Shown: in pieces, positions 18,735 through 28,000 of the stretch | Layout: each line of letters opens with the position of its first letter | Numbering within the stretch: the first letter of the stretch is position 1 | NCBI GenBank assembly: GCA_963677485.1 | Contig: OY781964.1 | Coordinates: 1,056,001-1,120,000, forward strand | From: Armatimonadota bacterium | Lineage (GTDB): Bacteria; Armatimonadota; HRBIN16 | Direction: 5' to 3' | Length of the DNA: 64,000 nt | The notes under the pieces: generated by a model | What the model was told of the DNA's origin: nothing | The model's database searches: none | What the model saw: the letters and a program-made list of their open reading frames with translations, nothing else | Position numbers and translations under genes: made by a program

Positions 18735-21290
18735 ATGACGATACTACCAGTTCCACAGCAGATGCAGCAGTTAAGTGGCGAGATGCCGCTCACTCTTCTT
18801 CGCGAAATGACGCTTTTGGTGCCCGGCAACAGCCAGGAGAGCCTACGCGGGCACATCAAGGAGTTGTGCGATGAGGCAGGGCTTAGATGCAAACTGGATG
18901 TCAGAGCCGCTAATGGCAATGGCTACCTGCTGAGTGCGGGTGCCATAAAGGGCCGAAGCACCCCTTTATACGATTTAATCAATCCGGCTGGCTCCACCAG
19001 TTCCCAACAGGGGTATCGGCTTGAAATCCGCCCAGAGGGGCTGGCGCTGGCCTCCGAAACTGAGCAAGGGCTGTTCTACGGTCTGATGACACTGCGCCTA
19101 ATTCTACTGGAAGCGCAAAGCGAACGTCGCCGAGGCATCGCCGCAACCAGCATCGTGGACTGGCCAGCCATCGAGATGCGCGGTTACGAAGAGGACTACG
19201 GCCGCGACCAGGTCTCCACTATGGAGGACCTGAGGCGCACCATCCTCCGCCTGGCACAGTATAAAATGAACAGCTTCTTGATGTATATTGAGCCCGATCA
19301 TTTTGTATACAAGTTTGACCCCAACATCAGCACCGACTATGACCGCTTCACCATGGCGGAAATCCGCGAACTCGTCGCGTATGCCAAGCGATACTATGTG
19401 CAGATCATCCCCGTGATCGAGCTGCTGGGCCATACGGAGATGCTGCTGCGTCACGAACGGTATAAACGGATCGCCGAGATGCCCACTGGCGGCGGTGACC
19501 TCTGCCCCACCAGCGAAGAAACCTGGGAGGTGGTCGCCAACATCATCAATGAGCTGGCACCCGCTTTCAACGGCAAGTATTTCCACACGGGCCTCGATGA
19601 AAGCATGGCCATCGGCCAAGGCCGCAGCAAAGAGGCCGTGGAGAAATACGGCATCGCTAAAGTCTACGCTGACTATTACAACAGGCTGAACCGGCTGATC
19701 CGAAAGAACGGTCAGACCATGATGATGTATGGCGATATCGTGATGAATCACCCCGATATCCTCACGATGCTGGACAAGGACATCGTGCTGGTAAGCTGGG
19801 ATTATATCCCGCGAGACCGGTATGAATCGCTCTACCGGTTTGCGGAGCTGGGTTTCAAGACGGTCACCTTAAGCGGAATGTGGGACTGGAGCCAGGCTTA
19901 CCCGCTGAGCGGAGCCGCCTTCAAAAACATCGATGCCTTCACCAAACAAGGCCTTGAAAAGGGCACCATGGGACACTTTGTAAGTGACTGGGGCGATGGA
20001 TACCGCGGGGCAAACGGCATGAACCTCAGCGAGAACACCGACATGAGCGTGGTCTATTGCGGTTGTTCGGGCTGGAGTGCGCGCCCGATACCCATCCGTG
20101 AGTTCATACCGATGTTCTGCCAGACCAACTTCGGCAGTCCAGACCCGCAGCTTGCGGAAGCATTTACCAGCCTGGCACTGGCGCAAGGTGAGGGGCTGGA
20201 GCGCAGCACTCAAGCGCTTAACATGCAGCGCGGCGATATCCTGGCGAAGATATTCACCATGCTGGACGCGTCAGATGAGGAGCTTCGCTTCTGGCAGAAT
20301 CTGGGAGAGACGGCAGACAAGGCGATACAGGTTCTCAGCCGTGAACGCCTCCCGCGCAACGGTGACCGGCTGGACGCGGTGATTATTGCGGCCCGCCATC
20401 TGCTGATGGCTTCCCAAATGGCCACCGGTGCCGCTCAAATTGTAAAGATGATGAACCAGCCTAAGCCCGACGCGTCCGCAGCCGAGGCGATACTGGTAAG
20501 GCTTATCAAACAGCAGACCAGCCTTGGTAAGGACTACCGAACGGTCTACCTGCGGCGTAACCGGCCGATCAACATGAACTACATTCAGAAGGTGTGGGAA
20601 TACACCATCGGATGCTTGAATGCGGCTTTGACTGACCTGCGGGCGGGCCGGCTGAGCTTCAGCACCCCCAAAGCGATGGTCGCCGTGTGGCGGTTTGATC
20701 CCAAAGCTCCCTGGGAGAGCCTGCCCAAGGGTCTCACGCTCACGCCAAAAACGCCAGATGCGACCATCGGCACCCTCTCCAATGGCGAGGGGTATGTGAT
20801 GCTGCGCAACGGGGTCTACCTGAGTGCGGTAGACAGCAAAAAGTTGATGGACTTCGGCCAGCACTCCTTCACAGTAGAGCTCTGGACGCGGCACCATGGC
20901 CAGAAGCAGCAGCAGTTTGGCAGCACCTTCTTCAGCGATGGAGTGGGCTGGCGGGTCGGGGTGAACAGCGACCACCAGATCATGTTCACGCTGTATGGTG
21001 TCTCCGACATGCTCTGTCCCAGCGCGGTGCTGCCGCCAGATGGCGAATGGCATCATGTGGCGATCAGCTTCAGCTTATGCCACAAGGTGCATTTCTACGT
21101 GGATGGCGTGCTTAAGCAGCAGATGGAGCTGGCGGGCAGACCGAACAGCATCCAAAACCCAATGCTGCTGGTGGGCAATGAGATCGGATTGGTGACCCCG
21201 TATGTGGGTGATATCACCCGGCTGCGGGTTCACTCTGGCGCATTGACAGCCGATGAACTGGATAGCAAGATTAGCCCGGTGCAGTCGTAG
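18735..21290 (+). CDS. GH20-like hexosaminidase with LamG domain, copy 2 (tandem duplicate)
   Basis: Same motifs, with long stretches identical to copy 1. Confidence 0.88.
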   Translation: MTILPVPQQMQQLSGEMPLTLLREMTLLVPGNSQESLRGHIKELCDEAGLRCKLDVRAANGNGYLLSAGAIKGRSTPLYDLINPAGSTSSQQGYRLEIRPEGLALASETEQGLFYGLMTLRLILLEAQSERRRGIAATSIVDWPAIEMRGYEEDYGRDQVSTMEDLRRTILRLAQYKMNSFLMYIEPDHFVYKFDPNISTDYDRFTMAEIRELVAYAKRYYVQIIPVIELLGHTEMLLRHERYKRIAEMPTGGGDLCPTSEETWEVVANIINELAPAFNGKYFHTGLDESMAIGQGRSKEAVEKYGIAKVYADYYNRLNRLIRKNGQTMMMYGDIVMNHPDILTMLDKDIVLVSWDYIPRDRYESLYRFAELGFKTVTLSGMWDWSQAYPLSGAAFKNIDAFTKQGLEKGTMGHFVSDWGDGYRGANGMNLSENTDMSVVYCGCSGWSARPIPIREFIPMFCQTNFGSPDPQLAEAFTSLALAQGEGLERSTQALNMQRGDILAKIFTMLDASDEELRFWQNLGETADKAIQVLSRERLPRNGDRLDAVIIAARHLLMASQMATGAAQIVKMMNQPKPDASAAEAILVRLIKQQTSLGKDYRTVYLRRNRPINMNYIQKVWEYTIGCLNAALTDLRAGRLSFSTPKAMVAVWRFDPKAPWESLPKGLTLTPKTPDATIGTLSNGEGYVMLRNGVYLSAVDSKKLMDFGQHSFTVELWTRHHGQKQQQFGSTFFSDGVGWRVGVNSDHQIMFTLYGVSDMLCPSAVLPPDGEWHHVAISFSLCHKVHFYVDGVLKQQMELAGRPNSIQNPMLLVGNEIGLVTPYVGDITRLRVHSGALTADELDSKISPVQS

Positions 21291-21356
21291 GGAACGGGGA
21301 CATGGCGGTGGAACCACACCGCCCCGGTTAAGCGAAAACCGACGCAGAGGTTCCGT

Positions 21357-21381
21357 GTAGGGCAACCCCCAGTGGTTGCCC
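21357..21381. repeat. GTAG-type REP-like palindrome
   Basis: GTAGGGCAACCCCCAGTGGTTGCCC, similar to the copy at 27748. Confidence 0.7.
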
Positions 21382-21506
21382 TCATGACGAACCGCCATTC
21401 TGATCGGTCCAATCCGTCCCTCCGATGCCCGAAACGTGTTCGGATGGCCACAAAGGCCATCCGAACAAACAGGCAATAACACGAATTGTCAGTGAGGTAT
21501 ACCAGC

Positions 21507-22346
21507 ATGGATATGATGCAGGAACTACTGAAAATGCCGTTTCGGTTTGTATCGGGGCACCGCCACGAGGCACCTATGATCTGTGCCACGCACAGCCACA
21601 GCTCGTTCGAGATCGTGTATCACCCATCTGGCCGTGGCTCCACCCAGCTACAGTCATCACGCACAGTGGAGTTCTGTCAAGGCAGTGTGGTAATCTACGC
21701 TCCCAATACCGCCCACGACCAAACGATGGTCGAAACCGGCATGGATGTCATCTTGCAGATTGATGTGGAAGCCCCCCTCCCACCGGACATGCCCGACTGC
21801 TGGTACATCACGGAGGCACTTGATTCCCATCTGCTGCAGGAACTGTATCTGCTCTCGGATGTCCACCCCTCACGCTCACCCCTGCAGCAAAAGATTCTGG
21901 ACCACCGGGCTGCCGCGGTGATCCTTGCCTTGTTCCAGCTAGATTCCATGCGCTGCATGAGAATCCACAACCCGCTGGATTATTATGCGGAACGCGCTGA
22001 CCAGTACCTGCGCACCAACTACAGGACCATCGATCATTTTGAGGAGATCAGCAAGCACTTGTGCATCAGCTCGTCGCACTTGCGCCATTTATTCAAGCGG
22101 CGGTTTGGCACTAATATCTCGCATACTCTGACCATGCTGCGCATTGAGCGGTCGCTTGACCTGTTGCGTAACCCCGAGATGACGCTGGCCACCATCGCCC
22201 ATGAGTGCGGCATCGCGAATGAGCGGTATTTCATCACCATATTCAAAGAGGTCATGGGATGTACTCCTGGGCAATACCGTAACAAGCTTCTCATAGCCTA
22301 TACCAGCCAGATGACTGCCATAACACCGCCCTCCAGTCCGGAGTAG
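21507..22346 (+). CDS. AraC family transcriptional regulator with cupin N-terminus
   Basis: HSHSSFEIVY, SSSHLRHLFK, IAHECGI.NERYF..IFK...GCTPGQYR. Confidence 0.93.
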   Translation: MDMMQELLKMPFRFVSGHRHEAPMICATHSHSSFEIVYHPSGRGSTQLQSSRTVEFCQGSVVIYAPNTAHDQTMVETGMDVILQIDVEAPLPPDMPDCWYITEALDSHLLQELYLLSDVHPSRSPLQQKILDHRAAAVILALFQLDSMRCMRIHNPLDYYAERADQYLRTNYRTIDHFEEISKHLCISSSHLRHLFKRRFGTNISHTLTMLRIERSLDLLRNPEMTLATIAHECGIANERYFITIFKEVMGCTPGQYRNKLLIAYTSQMTAITPPSSPE

Positions 22347-22488
22347 CCGTAACAATCTCATATCCAGTTTGAGGCGAACTCAGAAATTGCCATTTCAGAG
22401 GAAAAGTATACACGGTTGCCGAATACTAAACCATCAGGGCGGTGGTTATCACGCCCCTTCCATGTCAACCAGTGGAGGCTTTATACAT

Positions 22489-24021
22489 ATGAAAACACAG
22501 ATGCCCATAGGTGTAGATGATGCGGGAGCCCGCAAGCCTATATACGCCGATCCCGCCATGCAGCAAGCCTACCGTGAAATTGGGTTTGATTTCTTTAGCT
22601 GGCATATCTGGGGTTCTACCGAACTGTCGGAATATGTCGCTATGCGCGACTGGGCGGACCGCAATAAAACAGGCTTTATCGTCAACCAGGAGGGCGGTCC
22701 GAGGCAGCCCGGTGATCCGACCGTCTATCACCACCCCGGCTTTTTCTACCAGCCCAGTCGAGAGATAGTCAAGGCGTTATGCAAGAGCCGGAACTTCCTG
22801 GGCATTACGTATGACGAAGCGGAACACTGGCAGATGAACGGCATCAACGTGACCGGCGGAGCAAAGGAGTTTGCACCTCACTTCGTCAACGCCGATGGAC
22901 TGAGCCTGAACGAGACTTACCAGGCGATGATAGTCAACCTGCGGCAACTGATGAGCCACTGTTACCCGGGATTGGCGGACAACGCCTTCCGCACCACCAA
23001 AACACCCATCGTGATGCTGGAAAATGTGTTCCCCGTGATGATGCATCTGTTCGCCCGAGCAGGCTTTGGCATGTCGATGAAGCTACTGAAGGAGAGCATC
23101 ACGCCGGTCCAACTGGGGATGGCACTAGGAGCATGTGCGCAGTATCATGTGCCGTTATGGCCATGCATCGACATGTGGGGACTGGGCGGTTACCAGGTCA
23201 ATCACAAACCGAACAACGTGCTCTCCGCCTTACGCATGAGCTTCTACACAGGCGCGCAGCGCTGCTACATAGAGAACTTCAACTACGAAAACAGCCTGTA
23301 TAAGGTTGAGAATGAACATCCTGTGTTGAATGCCTATGCGGACACCATCAAGAAATTTCGGAATGAAGAGCTGCCTACTCTGAAGCGAAGCTGGCAGCCG
23401 CATGACTTCCGGCCCGAAATCGCAATCATCCGGTTTGAGGACAGCGACTGGGGTCAGATGCCGGCTGGCACATGGATCACGGGCAACCTGTATGGCAATC
23501 CGAAACTGATGCCTGATGATCACACCCGCTACTGGCACCGCATCTGGAGCCTGCTGATGCACCAGAAGGTGGCTCCGCTGGGTGTAAACTTCAACCAGCG
23601 CGTGGGTGGTGTCACACCGTATAACATCTTCTTCCCATGCAATAACGCCGGCGTGTTTGACCACACCGTCTCTGACCCTAAGCTGTTCGTCAACACGAAG
23701 CTCACGTTCCTGACGGGCACGCAAATCAGCCCCGACACCATGCGGGTGCTGCACACTCTAGTCAAAGAGGGTATGGTGGTCGTCACACCGTCGCATCTGG
23801 CGGTACACGGCATGGATGCCACCCCTGGAAAAGCATACACCGAGCTCAGCTCCGGTAAAGGCAGTTGGATTGTGTGTGATGATGTGCTGCATCCCGAAAT
23901 GGTGCAGCGTCTTGCACCCATGCTGGGAACAGACGATGAGTTCCGACTGGGTTTTGGAAAGCACAAAGTATGCTTCAAGCAGGATGACCAGAAGCAGCCG
24001 CTTTCAGTGTCCGTAAGCTGA
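22489..24021 (+). CDS. Hypothetical protein, possible unassigned glycoside hydrolase; homologous to the C-terminal half of 58885-61632
   Basis: GITYDEAEH, KLLKE, PEIAIIRFEDSDWGQ shared with the paralog; sits between AraC and CE7 genes. Confidence 0.7.
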   Translation: MKTQMPIGVDDAGARKPIYADPAMQQAYREIGFDFFSWHIWGSTELSEYVAMRDWADRNKTGFIVNQEGGPRQPGDPTVYHHPGFFYQPSREIVKALCKSRNFLGITYDEAEHWQMNGINVTGGAKEFAPHFVNADGLSLNETYQAMIVNLRQLMSHCYPGLADNAFRTTKTPIVMLENVFPVMMHLFARAGFGMSMKLLKESITPVQLGMALGACAQYHVPLWPCIDMWGLGGYQVNHKPNNVLSALRMSFYTGAQRCYIENFNYENSLYKVENEHPVLNAYADTIKKFRNEELPTLKRSWQPHDFRPEIAIIRFEDSDWGQMPAGTWITGNLYGNPKLMPDDHTRYWHRIWSLLMHQKVAPLGVNFNQRVGGVTPYNIFFPCNNAGVFDHTVSDPKLFVNTKLTFLTGTQISPDTMRVLHTLVKEGMVVVTPSHLAVHGMDATPGKAYTELSSGKGSWIVCDDVLHPEMVQRLAPMLGTDDEFRLGFGKHKVCFKQDDQKQPLSVSVS

Positions 24022-24099
24022 TCCCTCTCGATGAACGAACCAATCCGTCAGGCTGGGCAGTGGCCCAGCCTGACATATTCATACTAAGGAGACATCTGA

Positions 24100-25059
24100 A
24101 TGCCATTGATCGACATGCCCCTGGAGGAGTTATACCAATATCAGGGACGCAACCCACGGCCAGCCAACTTCGACAGCTACTGGGACTCCGCACTTGCCGA
24201 GATGCGTGCGATTGACCCCCAAATCGAACTAAAGCCCCTGCCCAGCCATAGTACGCAGGTAGAGGCGTTTGAGCTCACCTTCACCGGTGTGGGTGGGGCC
24301 CGTGTGTATGCGAAGTACATGCGCCCAAAGAACTTCACAGGAACCCGCCCCGTTGTGATGAACTTCCATGGTTATACTGGCAGCAGCGGTGACTGGTTTG
24401 GATACCGAGGCTGGTTAAGTGAGGGGTTCTGCATAGCGGCACTGGACTGCCGCGGTCAAGGCGGTTACAGCGAAGATGCAGGCGGTGTGAAGGGCAATAC
24501 CTTCAACGGCCATATCATCCGAGGTTTGGATGACGTGCCTGAGAAACTCATGTATCGCGGCCTATACCTCGATACCGCCCAACTCACGGACATCGTGATG
24601 GGCTTCCCTGAGGTGGATGCCGGCCGTGTGGTGGCCACCGGCGGCTCACAGGGCGGCGGACTGACCCTGGCTTGTGCGGCACTTCACTCCGGCATCAAGA
24701 AGGCCGCTCCCGCATTCCCCTTCCTGTGCGACTATAAGCGAGTGTGGGAGATGGATCAAGCGGCAGGTGCTTATGCGGAACTACGCACGCATTTCCGCAC
24801 CTACGACCCTCTGCACGAGCGTGAAGAGGAGATATGGACCAAGCTGGGCTACATCGATGTGCAGCACCTCGCCCCACGCATCAACGGGGAAGTGATGATG
24901 TTTACCGGCTTGATGGACAACATCTGCCCCCCCAGCACGCAGTTTGCGGCCTACAACAAGATCACCTCGCCAAAGCAGGTCGTGATCTACCCAGACTACG
25001 GCCATGAAGGTCTGCCCGGCGCCTCGGATATGATTTTCGAGTGGCTGATTCAGATATAA
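24100..25059 (+). CDS. Acetyl xylan esterase / cephalosporin-C deacetylase (CE7)
   Basis: FHGY, DCRGQGG, nucleophile GGSQGG, D.ICPPSTQFAAYN, YGHE. Confidence 0.93.
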   Translation: MPLIDMPLEELYQYQGRNPRPANFDSYWDSALAEMRAIDPQIELKPLPSHSTQVEAFELTFTGVGGARVYAKYMRPKNFTGTRPVVMNFHGYTGSSGDWFGYRGWLSEGFCIAALDCRGQGGYSEDAGGVKGNTFNGHIIRGLDDVPEKLMYRGLYLDTAQLTDIVMGFPEVDAGRVVATGGSQGGGLTLACAALHSGIKKAAPAFPFLCDYKRVWEMDQAAGAYAELRTHFRTYDPLHEREEEIWTKLGYIDVQHLAPRINGEVMMFTGLMDNICPPSTQFAAYNKITSPKQVVIYPDYGHEGLPGASDMIFEWLIQI

Positions 25060-25187
25060 ACGGGCGCTGCCTGAGGCGTGAAGTCACGGGATGCATGTAG
25101 CAGCGGGGACATGCATCCCGTTTGTTCTCGTGTATTGGGTGGTAAAATGAGCCTGTTGCACGTTTATATGTTCTGAGGTTGTGAGTG

Positions 25188-27719
25188 ATGCCCGAAAAAG
25201 AAGCGAAGGCGCGGATTAAGATCAACCAGTTGCTGGAAGAGGCCGGCTGGCGGCTTGTTGACTCGAAACTGGGCAGGGCGAACGTGCTGCTAGAAGCCAC
25301 CACCCACATCACAAAGCACAAACTGGATGAACTGGGCGATGACTTTGAGCACACCGCCAACGGTTACGTCGATTTCCTGCTGCACGATGATAACGGCTAC
25401 CCGGCAGTGGTGCTGGAGGCCAAGGCGGAAAACCGCAACCCGCTAGTGGGCAAGGAGCAGGCACGGCGGTACGCGCTGGCGAACAAATGCCGTTTCGTGA
25501 TTCTCTCCAACGGCAACTGCCACTATTTCTGGGATACCGAGGGCTGCAACCCTACCATGGTGACGCAGTTCCCCTCCCCGGCGGCGATCACCTCGCGGCG
25601 GCAGCACCACCCCGATGTCACAGCGCTGGCGCATGAGCCGGTGGAGCCAGACTACATCGCCATCACCAAGATGCCTGGATACCAGCGCAACCCAGATTGG
25701 CTGAACCCTCAGACGCGTGACGAGTTCCTGTTCAAAAACAAGCTGCGGCTGCTGCGCCCATACCAGTTGGATGCGGTGAAGGCGCTGCAAAAGGCCGCAG
25801 ATGCAGGGCAACAGCGGTTCTTGTTTGAGATGGCCACCGGAACGGGCAAAACACTGGTCGCAGCCGCGGTGATCAAGCTGTTCCTGCGAACGCGAAATGC
25901 CCGGCGCGTGCTGTTCCTGGTGGACCGGCTTGAGCTGGAGGACCAGGCGTTCAAGTCATTCAAGATGCTGCTGTCCGCTGATTTTGACACGATGATTTAC
26001 AAACAAAATGTGGACAACTGGCGTGGTGCCGAGATTGTGGTCTCGACCGTGCAGACGCTGATGGTCAACAACAAATATCGCAGGGTGTTTTCGCCCGATG
26101 ATTTCGACCTGGTGATTTCGGATGAGGCGCACCGCAGCATCTCCGGAAACAGCCGAGCGGTGTTTGACTTCTTTCTGGGCTACAAACTTGGGCTGACCGC
26201 CACCCCGCGCGACTACCTGAAGCACATCGACCAGGCGAAGCTGAGCGAGAACGACCCGCGGGAGCTGGAACGCCGGATGCTGATGGACAGCTACAAGACC
26301 TTCGGCTGTGAAGACGGCGAACCCACCTTCCGATACTCGCTGCTAGACGGAGTGAAAGAGGGACATCTGGTGAACCCCGAGGTGCTGGATGCCCGCACCG
26401 AGATCACCACGCAACTGCTTTCCGATGAGGGCTACGCAGCGATACTGCCTGCCGACGAGGGCGAAGAGAGCCAGGAGCAGATCTACAAATATCAAGACTT
26501 TGAACGCCGCTTCTTCAACGAACAGACCAACCGCGTGTTCTGCACGGCGTTTATGCAGAACGCGCTGCGAGACCCCATCACTGGAGAAATCGGCAAGAGC
26601 ATCGTCTTCTGCGTGTCGCAGAACCATGCGGCCAAAATCACGCAGATGCTGAACGAAATCGCCCACGCGATGTTCCCAGGCCGATACCAGTCGGATTTCG
26701 CGGTACAGGTAACCTCGCAGATCACCGATGCCCAGCAGATGAGCATCAACTTCGCGAACGATAAACTGGGTGGGCGGTCCAAGTTCGACGAAAACTACAA
26801 GACCAGTAAGACGCGTGTGTGCGTGACGGTGGGAATGATGACCACCGGCTACGACTGCCCCGACCTGTTGAACCTGGGGCTGATGCGGCCGATCTTCAGC
26901 CCGACCGCCTTCATACAGATCAAAGGGCGCGGCACACGCATCCATGAGTTCAGTAAGATGATCCTTGACGAGACGCTGCGTAAGCAGGTTGGCTCGAAGC
27001 CCAAGAGCTGTTTCCGGCTGTTCGACTTCTTCGCGAACTGCGAGTATTTTGAGGAGAAGTTTGACTACGACCAGGTGCTGGTTCTGCCGCGTGTGGGTAA
27101 TGGGGAACCAATAGACCCTCGTGCCTCGGTTGGGGAACCAAAGGGTATCTATCAAGCGGACAAAGCCGATGGAATCTCCACACTCTCCACCACGATGGTG
27201 GGCGAGGACGGTATGCGCATCGACCGCATGTATTTCCAGAAGTTTGAGGAACAGATTACCGCCGACCCCACCTGTGTTGAGAAGGCGGACAACGCGCAGT
27301 GGGATGAGCTGCTGGACTATGTTGAGAAGAACCTAATGGACCGCCCAGAGCAGTTCTTCACATTGCAAAAGCTGCGAGCCGCGCTGCAGGTGGACCGGCG
27401 GATTGACCTGATGGAGATCATCAAGAAGATATTTGGTCTGATTCCCGAATTCAAAACGCGCAGACAGATGATTGATGAGGCGTTTGACCGCTTCGACAGC
27501 CGATACCGGCCGGATGAGGGCTATTTTGAGGCCGCGAAGCAGGTGTTTTGCGCCTACATACAGGACGCGAAGTTCCGGCAAATCGTGGAATCCAGGCAAT
27601 ACGCTACTATGAATATGACGCCCTACGCGCAGGCCTGGCGGTCGCTATCACCCGATCTGCGCAAGCATATCCCGGAATTTGTGAAAGACAACCTGTCCCT
27701 TAACCAGTTTATGGATTGA
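25188..27719 (+). CDS. hsdR: Type I restriction enzyme R subunit (EcoAI/EcoEI-like)
   Basis: VDFLL..VLEAK nuclease motif, LRPYQ, MATGTGKT, DEAHRS, GLTATP, TTGYDCP, QIKGRGTR. Confidence 0.93.
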   Translation: MPEKEAKARIKINQLLEEAGWRLVDSKLGRANVLLEATTHITKHKLDELGDDFEHTANGYVDFLLHDDNGYPAVVLEAKAENRNPLVGKEQARRYALANKCRFVILSNGNCHYFWDTEGCNPTMVTQFPSPAAITSRRQHHPDVTALAHEPVEPDYIAITKMPGYQRNPDWLNPQTRDEFLFKNKLRLLRPYQLDAVKALQKAADAGQQRFLFEMATGTGKTLVAAAVIKLFLRTRNARRVLFLVDRLELEDQAFKSFKMLLSADFDTMIYKQNVDNWRGAEIVVSTVQTLMVNNKYRRVFSPDDFDLVISDEAHRSISGNSRAVFDFFLGYKLGLTATPRDYLKHIDQAKLSENDPRELERRMLMDSYKTFGCEDGEPTFRYSLLDGVKEGHLVNPEVLDARTEITTQLLSDEGYAAILPADEGEESQEQIYKYQDFERRFFNEQTNRVFCTAFMQNALRDPITGEIGKSIVFCVSQNHAAKITQMLNEIAHAMFPGRYQSDFAVQVTSQITDAQQMSINFANDKLGGRSKFDENYKTSKTRVCVTVGMMTTGYDCPDLLNLGLMRPIFSPTAFIQIKGRGTRIHEFSKMILDETLRKQVGSKPKSCFRLFDFFANCEYFEEKFDYDQVLVLPRVGNGEPIDPRASVGEPKGIYQADKADGISTLSTTMVGEDGMRIDRMYFQKFEEQITADPTCVEKADNAQWDELLDYVEKNLMDRPEQFFTLQKLRAALQVDRRIDLMEIIKKIFGLIPEFKTRRQMIDEAFDRFDSRYRPDEGYFEAAKQVFCAYIQDAKFRQIVESRQYATMNMTPYAQAWRSLSPDLRKHIPEFVKDNLSLNQFMD

Positions 27720-27736
27720 TACCCGCGGGCATACAA

Positions 27737-27960
27737 GGGGCACGGCGTAGGGGCAATCCCCCCGTGGTTGCCCCCGGTGGTGGACGTTGGTAGGGGCATG
27801 GCGTGCCGTGCCCAAACCCTGTCAGGCACAAACGCGATTTCGGGCATGGCGTGCCGTGCCCAACGGGTTGTCACACACACAGGGCACGGCACGCCATGCC
27901 CCTACGGTATTACGGACGCCATTGGTCCCAGATAGGGCAGCCACGGGGGGCTTCCCCTAC
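27737..27960. repeat. Cluster of GTAG-type REP-like palindromes between hsdR and hsdMS
   Basis: GTAGGGGCAATCCCCCGTGGTTGCCC, two copies of GGGCATGGCGTGCCGTGCCC and one inverted copy ending CCCCTAC. Confidence 0.85.
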
Positions 27961-28000
27961 GATAACCATGCGACAATATGAACAAACACAGAGGAACGAA

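Noticed and set aside
16274-21056. Long antisense ORFs repeated in both GH20 genes
   Set aside because: Shadow frames of high-GC coding sequence, repeated only because the genes are duplicated.
27803-28000. N-terminal extension of hsdMS
   Set aside because: Encoded by the REP cluster; family-like sequence starts at TTG 28001.
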